In this document: piece by piece, positions 1-64,000 of the stretch | How the letters are laid out: every line of letters begins with the position of its first letter | How positions within the stretch are numbered: position 1 is the first letter of the stretch | DNA from: Paraspadella gotoi | Lineage: Eukaryota; Animalia; Chaetognatha | Assembly (NCBI GenBank): GCA_051294375.1 | Contig: CM119271.1 | Location: 10,191,605-10,255,604, forward strand | Direction of reading: 5' to 3' | Length of the DNA stretch: 64,000 nucleotides | The notes under the pieces: generated by a model | Told to the model about the DNA's origin: nothing | Databases searched by the model: none | What the model saw: the letters and a program-made list of their open reading frames with translations, nothing else | Program-made: the position numbers and the translations under genes

Positions 1-2047
1 GTAGGGGCGGAAAGAGGGGGCGTGGCCTATCCAGTGAAAAACAGAAGTTCAACCAAAAACAATGAAGAAAAATGACTCGGATCTTTTTGTTCTTTTCATG
101 ACGACTTCCCTCCCTCTTTTGTGATTGTTCATTGTTCGTTCGTGTCATTAATTATTCGCTCCTCCCTCCCGATCGGTTTTCTTTTCCGCGCGCAATTGTT
201 GTTGTTGTTGGTGACGTCTACATTCGCTAGGAATTTCATCTTAATCCTCATTTCACGTTTTTTTTTTGGAGGTGGGGGGGGGGAAGATAAGGGAGGGAAG
301 GTTAATTTTGAATAACACGAACCATGACCACCAAGGGGACTTTTTAGGTTTAACTTTCCGTAAAAAATATTTAGAAAAGTATTAATTTTTATCATTTTTT
401 AAAAATTTTAGAAGTATCACCTCGTAGTTTGAATGTTTTGAACGAATGAAATGCTTAGTTCTAGCGCACGAGTGAGTCCGCCGTTAATGATAAACTTTTT
501 GAAAGAGGAGAAATCATAAAAGTACTTCCTCTTTGACTTTTTTGTCCTTCGGAAACCCGTGAGAACGGGGGACTCTCGAAACAAATTCGTTCCGAAACAA
601 AATTTAGATCAAATTTATATCGTTAATAAGAACGACTTTTCTCACAAGATGTTTCACGTCAATCTGTCTCGTTGACTTTAACATGACTAAACACACTCGC
701 ATAATTTTCCAGTTGTCTTAGTTTTAAAAAAAATAAATCTTTTGTTCCACTTTTACTATAAGCTGTATAGTTTCGAGGTTTTAATTTTTATCATTTAGTT
801 TAATGTGATTTTTATTCGATTCATATTTTATATAGCCATTGTAACGTCCACAGCTATTGCTAACCATAGAATTGTAACTGGATTTTAAAATTTACTTAAG
901 TTAAAAATGTTTAGTTTACGCTTCTATTCAGTATTTTGGATTTTATTTATACAAACTTTTATATGACACTGGATCATTAGAATTCTTTGTTTACAACTTG
1001 TTTATTCCTTTATTCGCTCAATGTTCAACTATCATTTATTGCGTTCGCAGCTGGATGTTAATTGGAGCCAACTCTAATTTAAAAAGCATCCTTTACTCGA
1101 ATTCGTTTTGTTTCAGTTTACAAGGCTTTAAATATTAGCGCCAGAATTAAGTTCTTTTTTATTTACAAGTTCTTTTAATGCGCTTTAATTTTTGTAAAGA
1201 ACATCAAAATTATTTTTTCAGGACCTTTTTGGGGGGGGGGATAATGTGGGCGATTTTATCAGTTAATCTTATTTATGTTTAATAATCGTTTATAATGAAA
1301 TCTAAGCAGTTTTACCTAATTTTTTTTTTTTTTTTCACCTCCGGCTAATTTTCGATATTTTCTGAGAACCTTTATTATTTAAAAATTTCAGACTAAAGAC
1401 AAATTTAACTCGTTCCCCTTAATTCTTTAATGTTAATCAACTATGTTATTCGTTTTGATTTTTGAGACACTTTGTTTCGTTTCATTGTAGAAATTACAGT
1501 AAATTCTGTTCAATTTTCTGATTTTGGCTTTTTTAGTTGTGTACAGTACAGATTAGATTGTTTTAACTCATATTTGTGCGAGTATTAAGTAAACCTTTGT
1601 AGCGTACGAAAATGATGAGTGAAGACGAAGGATATCGTAGACCACATAATATATTTTCCATGAAGAAAAGGCAAACGTACAAAAGGATCGAATATCGACG
1701 AATGCGAAAATCTCTATCGGCGAGAGAGGAAGAGGATAGAGAAGAGGAGGAAGAGGAAAATAGGAGAGAGGAAGATCGAGAGAGATCGCCGGATACTACA
1801 CCTTATTACAATACTCAAATAGTCAAATCTCAATTAGTCCGATGAGTTGAGGCGATTGCGAATAATCGACATATTCGGCCAAGTTTGTTCAAAATTTGTA
1901 AGCACCAATAATTCTTAAATTTATATGTTAAATTATTTATAGTCGTTAAGCCGCTCTTAATATGATTATAATTTACAGATTATAATTTACAGTTAGGGTT
2001 AAGGGTGGTTAGAGGGTTGTTAGGGTGAGGGTAATTAATATTTTCTT

Positions 2048-2356
2048 TTTATGGGAGTATAACGAAAAATTCGTTTTAACAACAATGGTTTTTATTATTA
2101 TAATAAAAATCGGAAATGTTTCGACTCGTGTAGATTTCGAATCTTCATCATCCCTCCCCTGTCCTCACATCTGACCAGTATTCTTTATTCACTTCTTTGT
2201 AGGAAACTCTCTCTTTTTCTCTCTCTCTCCAAACCCAATGTTTGTGAAACTGATGAAGGCTGATGAAGACTAAAAATCTACACGGGTCGAAACATGTCCG
2301 ATTTTATTGTAATAATAAAAAAAAAAATAACGAATTTTTCGTTATTATCCCATAAA
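2048..2356. mobile_element. Short foldback element with ~100-bp inverted arms, each with a degenerate hammerhead-like core (Penelope-type terminal repeat relic); related copy near 55490-55620
   Basis: 2048-2150 is reverse-complementary to 2260-2356. 2260-2298 reads CTGATGA-A-GAC...GTC-GAAA-CATG-TC, and 55519-55551 (-) reads CTGAATGAAGAT...AGTTGAAACATGTC. Confidence 0.55.
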
Positions 2357-3214
2357 TTTCACACTAACAACAAAAAGAAAGGCTAACTACAAATATTTTT
2401 TTTAGAAATAAATATTTTTAAGTAGATTTTTTAAAAGCCGCCAAAAGCGCGGTCGGCGAAAGTAAAATTTATCCCGTAAATTCGAAATTGTCGGAATATA
2501 ATTATTAATTAATTACGGCGTAATTAATTATACTCCGACAATTTCGAACTCGTGATTGCTCCTTTGTCTCTGCACTATCGAAGTGACACCTTTGAAAACA
2601 AAAGATTGAATAAATAGCGGTTTTCACTTTTCAAGCGAGCGGTAACTTTGTAAAATTATAGGTACTGGTAAAAACAATTACTGCTCGCTAACAATTTCTA
2701 TTTCATAATTGAGGTTCTAAATGCTACGGATTTATTTTGGCTACAAAAGTTCGGTAAGTTTTGAAATATCGCTATGTGACGTTGACTCGTGGTAAAAGTA
2801 AATTTTACGCCAAGACGCCTGAAAATAATTTAGATTTCGAGACTTCTTAGTACTTAAAAGGTTTGAGAAGCTTTCAAAACCTTACCAAGCTCTTTGAATT
2901 CGTTTAAATCTCGTGCTCAAAGTATATACTGCTTTTCTAATGCTTCAAAATGCTTTTCAATTGTACTTCGATCAAACTTCTTAAATCATTCCACTTTAAT
3001 CATGATTCCGTTTTAAAATGAAAGGAATAGAAAAGAAAAGAAACGCAATGGAAAACATATCGAATCTGAAGATAAGATAAGTTAAGTTATCTTGTACTGA
3101 ACCTCGATATTTAGTCGATCCGTAGGCAAATTTTAGATTACATCAATAACAAATCAAATTACTTACCCTGTCCTAAAAATATACAAAAAAAGTAACCAAC
3201 CATAGCCGAAAAAT

Positions 3215-5265
3215 ATGCGCTCCCACGATCGAACTGTACTCATATTGACGCTCCTCGGCGTCATCCTCATCGCAATCGGTGCCGTCATCAGCTACGCCCC
3301 CTCGTGGGTGATCGCGGCGTCGTTCCCGCTCGTGGCGGCGCCGTCTTCGCGGACCTTCAACTCGTGGAAGGCGCCCTCGCTTCCCATCTACATCAAGTTC
3401 TACTTTTTCAACGTGACCAATGCGGAGGAGGTCATCGAGAACGGGACGGACCCGGTCGTCAAGGAGACGGGGCCTTTCACTTATCGCGAGTTGAGGGACA
3501 AGGACGAGATCATCTTCAACGAGGAATTCACGCGGGTCTCCTTTCGGGAGAGGATCGTCTACGTGTTCGACGAAAAGGAGTCCGGAGGGAGTGAGGTGAG
3601 CGTCCTTAGGTTAATCACGTCAAAATACCGATTTTAAAATTGCGCTTTTTATTTTTTAACTTTTAAATTTAATTCATATCCGTTTAAAATTTCAAGGAAA
3701 AACACGTCGAAATTAAAAAAATTAATATTTGACATCTCGTTTTCTTGATTTAAAAGAGAGCACCAGATTTAGGCTCTGGACTGGAGCATTGAGACATTTG
3801 GCAAGAACTGAATATAAGTGAATATGGCCCCAAATTATCCTTTTCAACACTGGACTCGCGAAAAATTAGAAGTAAAAAAAACTAAAACTAAAATTAAAAT
3901 ATCTCAAAAGTGAGACAAATTCGTCCCAGGACGACCTCATCGTTGGCGTCAACATTCCCCTCCTGACGGTGTTCGGCGTTCTCGATGAAATGGACCCGAA
4001 TTTGGTCGGTCTCGCCCGCGGAATGATCAACGGAATGACAAAAATGTTGAAGATCAAGACTCTGGAGCCCCGAACCGTCGGCGAGTGGCTCTGGGGACAC
4101 GAGAGCGAGATCCTGCAACGAATGAAAAGTATACCGCCAAGCATCGGAGGGGCTGCCATCGGTGAGAGTCTGGGCGATTCGCTAACAGTCGCCGCGGCCA
4201 CTGGCTCACCGATCTTTTGTTTATTTATTTTTTTGTCAAGAGAAAATCAAGACGACCAAATTCGGGTTTTTTCTCGATCGCAACGGAAGCGACACTCATT
4301 ACGTCATCAACACGGGCGTCGGAGACGTCAAAGACATCGCGAAAATTTGGTAAGGAGGTTTTGTTAAACGTCCGCTAGGGTTCCGATCTCATCAGAGTAA
4401 CAATAATCCGCATTGCGGATTCCGCTACGCACAGGAGCTATGACGGAATGAAGAAGTTGAGCTACTGGGGATCGAAAGAGGCCAACATGATCAACGGGAC
4501 GGACGGTTCCATGTTCCATCCGGGCGTCACAAAAGACGACACTCTCGAGATGTTCGTCGGAGATTTGTGTCGCTCGATCTACGCGACGTTTGAAGAGAAA
4601 ATGGTGAGGTTTTAGAATTAGCAAAGAAAGAGTTGTTGACGGTAATAAAAAAAAGAGCCAGGAACTGACGATCTATACGTACTTTAGCGGGATGTTAGCA
4701 ACTGCGGTATTTCTTTTATAATATTTCGTCAAAACGAAATAAATAATAACAAAATTAAAATTATTTTCCTTTTTTTTTATTGTTGGCAACCCCAAAAACC
4801 CATCGGGACAGAATGTCAACGGAGGTTGTCGCGTTTGAATTTTTTGATCATCCAAAATTCACGAAAGCTTTGGCAAAAAAAAATTCATTACGCTTACGGT
4901 TCCGAAACAGGAATTCTCATTAATAGATTCAAAATAGGAGCAAAAAATCTTAAAAGCATAAAGATCGAGCCGCTTTCGATAGTAACCAAATATTGATGCG
5001 ATGATAACCAAATATTGATGCGATGATAACCAAATATTGACGCGATGATAACCAATAATTGATGCGATGATAACAAAATGACTGATGTGATGATAATCAA
5101 ATGATTGATGCGATGATAGTCATTCATTGATATGATGATAATCATTCATTGATACGATGATAGTCATTCATTGATGCGATGATATGATTCATTGACGCGC
5201 TGAATCATTCATCGTAAATAAAACAAACAAATGCGTGTATGAGTAGAGAGAGAGAGAGAGAAGAG

Positions 5266-5322
<57 letters not shown>

Positions 5323-5496
5323 CTGGACAGTTTTCCCGCCAACGAAACGCATTATTAGGTCTCTCTCGTTTATATAAAGAATAATCAGAATTTTTAGAAA
5401 AAAAATCCACAAAATCTCGGATGTAAATTTGTGATTTGTATTGAGAAAAAAGCGCGGAATAAATGGCGATAATAAAAGTTTTTAGAAGGAAAAAAA

Positions 5497-5537
<41 letters not shown>

Positions 5538-5935
5538 AAGAGAGGGAGAGAGAGAAGAGGAGAGAGGAGAGAAGAGAGAGAGAGAAAGAGGGAGGAGAGT
5601 GAGAAAGAGAGAAAGAGAAGAGTTTTCCCACCAACGAACGCATTATTAGGTCACTCTCGTTTATATCGGTTATCCGTTGCCTCGCAACGGCGTCGTGAAA
5701 TTGGGTCTATGTTATTTTTTTTTATACACGTAACGCGTTATTAGGTCATGTTCCTCGACATTGTTTACTTTTGTCCGCAACGACCACGAAATCTAGGTTA
5801 AGTAAGTTATTGTATTTTGGGATTTTGTATTGAGATAAAATAAAATGGCGCATAATAAAAGTTTTTAGAAGGAAAAAATCCACTAAAATCTCGGAATAAA
5901 TGGCGATAATAAAAGTTTTTAGAGGAAAAAAAAAA

Positions 5936-5999
<64 letters not shown>

Positions 6000-6438
6000 G
6001 ATAGAGAGAAAAAGATTGTTCTTTTTTTAGGAAGAAACCAGAACGAGGTCAAATTTAATATTTGCATATTTAATTAATTTATAAATAGTTATCACAACTC
6101 AAATAATTATTATTTAAAAAAAAGTTAAAAATGATTAAATATATACACTAAAAATATTTATAAATTTAATAATAGTACAAATTATCAGAATAACAAAAAA
6201 AGTAATGTTTAATTTGACTATATCTCTCTTATCAACTCCTATTTTAGATATAATTTGCCAATAGTGGCCAACCGGTCCAAAGTTGCAATAATAAATAAAA
6301 CAAAATTTTTTTTTTATAATTGATGTATGCAATTATATTATTCGGCGAAAGTGCTGCATATATTATAGGTCACATTAGCTGATTTATATGTGATAATGCA
6401 TATCATTATAAGTTATTCTTCATTTTTTAAAAAAAATA

Positions 6439-6476
<38 letters not shown>

Positions 6477-7324
6477 AAAAACCGAATTTCTTTCCAATTA
6501 TATCTCAGATATAAATTTGGGATTTTGTATTGAAAAAAAAAGCGCGGAATAAATGGCGATAATAAAATTTTGAGAAGGAAAAAATAATCAGAATTTTTCA
6601 AAAAACGAACGATCGTACAGAGTGAGAGAGACAGAAAGAGAGAGAAAGAGAGACAGAAAGAGAAAAAGAGAGACAAAGAGACAGAAAGAAAGAGAAAGCT
6701 GGAAGCCAGCTGAACATCACTGCAGAACCTGAACTCGTTTTTTAAGGGTTCTGAAAAAGCAGCAACTGACAAATATAGGAAAGAAAATCTATATATAATT
6801 TAAAGAAATAAAAGAAAGGCAAAAATATGTTACAATTGTTTACAATTGGAAATTTTCCATTTTTTCCAATCGCAGCTTGTAAAAGATTTAATTTATATTT
6901 GTATTAAAATTAAGATATAGCTTCTCATTAAAAAATCCTTTGAGTTCCCATTTTTATTAAAAAATTAAAACAAATTTTTTTGAATTTCATCTTCAATATT
7001 ATATACTGCAATATGTAAATTAGATTAAAGCATTTCTATATACTAATTTGGATATTATAAGGAGTACTTTAATCTCATTTGCATATTGCAGTAAATCATA
7101 ATGAAGTGGAAATTCAAACAAAAAATACTTAAATCCAAATGTAATATGAAAATATCACAGCTATTTCAAGATGAAAAACCATATCTAAATTTTTAACTTA
7201 CTATGATCGCACACTTTTGTAAAACTTTATCATAATTCATAATAATTTTTATTTAAAAAAAAACGGTAAGTCACAGCCAAACCTATAAAAGCGTAGTAGT
7301 TTTTATATATGAAAACAGCTGACG

Positions 7325-7363
<39 letters not shown>

Positions 7364-8620
7364 TACGTCACAAAGAAGCACCCTAAAACATTATAGAGCC
7401 TGACCCGGCTTCGCCGGTCAAGGCTCGATAAAAATAGCATTTAAAACCTCAAAAAAATGCCTTTGAAACCTCGAATAATCGGGTGAACTTTAAGCTCTCT
7501 GTTCAAGTTAAACCCACTCCATCACGCCCCCTTTCCAATCCCCATTCCCCAACCATCTCTCATCAGGACATCCAAGGCGTTCAATCCTACATCTTCTCGC
7601 CGCCGAAGGAAGTCTTCGCCGACGTCTCGGAGAATCCCTTCAACGAGGCCTTCTGCGAGCCCAAGCCCTGCCTCGGCTCGGGACTGCTGCGGGTCAGCAA
7701 CTGCAAGCAGGACGCGCCGCTCGTCGTCTCCCAGCCGCATCTCTGCGACGCCGACGCGGCAGTGCAGCGTCGCGTCGTCGGCGTCTCGCCCGATCCGAAG
7801 AGGCACGTCACCAAGCTCTTCGTGGAGCCCTGGACGGGCCTGTTGATCCAGGCGCGGAAGAGGCTGCAATACAACGCGCTCATTCTTGCCGACGATAAGA
7901 TGAGTGCGACGAAGAACATGAGGGACGGCGCCATAATTCCTTTGTTTTGGGTCGAGGAAGGATTTGACGGTGCGTTTCGAGGAGATCAAAAGTTTATCAA
8001 TGAATGACTATCATCGCATCAACCATTTGCTTATTATCACATCAATCATTTGGTTATCATCACATCGATCATTTGGTTATCATCGCATCAGTTATTGGTT
8101 ATCATCGCATCAATATTTGGTTATCATCGCATCAATATTTGATTATCATGGAAGGGAGGCTCGATCCTATTCTTTGAAGATTTTTCCTTTATAATTAATT
8201 TGCGCTTTTAAATTAATTTAATCCATTCATTCATTTGCTAATTCGTATACAAATTCTTTCAATCATTTTCGAAAATTGGAATAATTCACTTTTAGTACGA
8301 TTCAAAGAAAATAATTTACATCTGCGTTAAAACGTGTCTTTTCCCTGATCGACGTCTCAAACCCCCAACTCTTCCTCCAGCCGACGAGGATTTCTCCGCA
8401 ATGCTCCGCGACGAGGTTCTCTCTCTCATCCAGATGACGGTCTACGTGATGTACTTCGGGATAGTCGTCGGCTCCCTCCTCATCATCGGCGCCATCTTTT
8501 GGAAATTCGCCGCAATTAAAAAGGTGAGTAAAACAAAAGATAGTCTGAGAGTAAGATTGTCTGCTGACTCTGTCTCTGACAGTGTGACGGTTTCAGTTTG
8601 CGTTATACTATAACTTATAG

Positions 8621-8659
<39 letters not shown>

Positions 8660-8841
8660 ACTCTCTTTTCTCCCCCCCCCAGCAAAAAGAACATGTGACT
8701 CAAAATCTCCCAACCGTCAAGATGTCCGATATCAAACGTAACTCTGTCCATCTCGAACAACCCATCGATTACGGTTACATCAATGAAGTTTACGAGCGGA
8801 AACATTCCGGCGCCGATAAACACGAAAAGGTCAAGTTTTAA
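3215..8841 (+). CDS. CD36 / scavenger receptor class B family protein (SCARB1/LIMP-2-like), 7 coding exons: 3215-3595, 3930-4161, 4241-4349, 4435-4603, 7567-7969, 8381-8523, 8683-8841 (1596 nt, 531 aa)
   Basis: All six introns are GT-AG with compatible phases and the exon lengths sum to a multiple of 3. Family motifs: N-terminal TM; W-x-x-P..IYIKFYFFNVTN.EEV; P-x-V-x-E-x-GPFTYRE; KFGFF..RNGS; INGTDGSMFHP; DLCRS; C..GLL.VSNCKQDAPLVVSQPH; VEPWTG..IQARKRLQ.N; IPLFWVEE; C-terminal TM (MYFGIVVGSLLIIGAIFW). Subfamily cannot be assigned by eye. Confidence 0.93.
4963..5210. repeat. ~22-bp minisatellite (gataaccaaatattgatgcgat)-containing repeat, with an inverted copy at 7996-8166
   Basis: Units are directly visible; the two copies are colinear reverse complements including the non-repetitive end ggctcgatc. 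Confidence 0.88.
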
Positions 8842-9487
8842 AACAAAGATGTCCTCCGGAAATTTTGTTGTCGTTGTTGTTGTTTTGTTTTGTTTTGTTT
8901 TTTTTTGAAATTGGAACGAAAAAATGCAAATAATTTATGTTCATAATCATTTATAATTCAATTAAATAGTTGATGTTTAAACAACGATCAACCATTGATG
9001 CAGATAAAAAAAACTATCAAGACTTAATTTTAGCCAGTTTTGAAAAGAAATTCTCTCGCGACTATCTTGATTTAAACAAACATTTAAAAAATTAGTAGTA
9101 GTAGTAGTACTCATCAAAAAAGTAAAGAATAATTCATCACTTTTAAGAAGTCAATTCTTTCTACTCTGCCATTACGTGTGGCGGTCTATATTTTCTAAAG
9201 GGTATTTTTTTAATGAATAAAATATTTTTTTTTTATCGAAACAAAATAAAGAGTTCGCAACCGCATCCCCGCCTTTGGTGTTTAAGAGTAAAATCGTAGA
9301 CAGAAAAGACTTGAGGTAAATGATCGCCAATCTTTGTCATGGACATCCCCAAAAACTGTCCCAAACGCCGTCCATTAATAATCGGTTGTCAAAGTGACAT
9401 TTCGACCAGTTTGACCATAAAAATCGGCCCCATCTCTGCCGTTGCCTTCCGCAACCGAAAATAAAGTAAACACGAAACTTAACTTAC

Positions 9488-63380
<53,893 letters not shown>

Positions 63381-64000
63381 CTGCAGCAAAAAAAAAAGCC
63401 AAATGACATTATTTTATCATGATTAGAGTTGAAATGAATTTTCATTAACATGAGACATTCTAACACAAAGTCCACCCGTCTAACTTACCCTACTCCTTAG
63501 GCCTTACCTTCTTCAAAAAAACAACGAATTAGTAACACTATCCCGTCTTTTCCATCTTTGTCCCTTTCTCCATTATCTCCTTTCTTCTTACATTAATAAT
63601 TAAGGTAATTTTTAGGATTATGGTTTAATGTGAGGGGTCAGGGTTAAGAATTAGAGTAAGGGAAGAGGTTAAGAATAGTTAAAAATATTTTGTTTCTTCG
63701 CGTCGGGTCAGTCATTTCAATTAGCAATTATGGTTAATAATTAAGAATTTAAGAATTAATAATTAAGAATTTAAGGTTAAGGTTTAGATTTATGGATAAG
63801 GTTACGAATCAGGACTAAATAACAAGATTACCATTTTGTATCGAGTTAAAAATTACGTAAGATTTTAGGCTTAAAACTCAGAAACGGGACGCTTTCGGGA
63901 AATCGCGCCCCATTTTTTTTTACTCTCCTCTCATCTTCTCTTCCTCCTTCTTCCGCCCCCCCTCACCTAACCCACTTTTCATCTGACTCACTTCTCAACT

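Noticed and set aside
129-226. Possible terminal Cav3 exon (ANVDVTNNNNNC...NEQ-stop) giving a two-domain truncated channel
   Set aside because: The phase fits, but the acceptor is weak and there is no Cav3 similarity; unsupported without transcripts.
4963-5210. CRISPR-like regular array (also 44.7 and 46.8 kb)
   Set aside because: No unique spacers, eukaryotic context, no cas genes; these are minisatellites.

Overview
Eukaryotic (invertebrate, probably protostome) draft genomic sequence, AT-rich, microsatellite-rich, with N-gaps and long-read-type indel errors. The minus strand carries the middle of one large T-type voltage-gated calcium channel gene (Cav3, CACNA1G/H/I orthologue). It runs from the His-rich/APRASPE part of the I-II linker (about 63.4 kb) through domain II, including the mutually exclusive turret exons 12a (3 Cys) and 12b (5 Cys), into the II-III linker (about 9.5 kb). 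Domains I, III and IV are not in the window. Two plus-strand genes appear nested antisense in its introns. One is a complete 7-exon CD36/SR-B scavenger receptor (3215-8841, 531 aa by my splicing). The other is an unrecognised 2-exon type I membrane protein (23281-25406) whose ectodomain looks like a catalytically dead metzincin and whose tail is rich in signalling motifs; this is my best candidate for something undescribed. Mobile DNA includes a 5'-truncated Penelope-like retroelement with a GIY-YIG remnant, inverted terminal repeats and minimal hammerhead motifs, a TTAA-target MITE seen in both filled and empty states, Helentron/DINE-like repeats and a tRNA-type SINE. About 19.5-42.4 kb is a large inverted duplication and about 44.2-51.1 kb a tandem duplication; both are most likely uncollapsed haplotypes or gap-filling artefacts rather than real paralogues. 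All alignments and splice models were made by eye.
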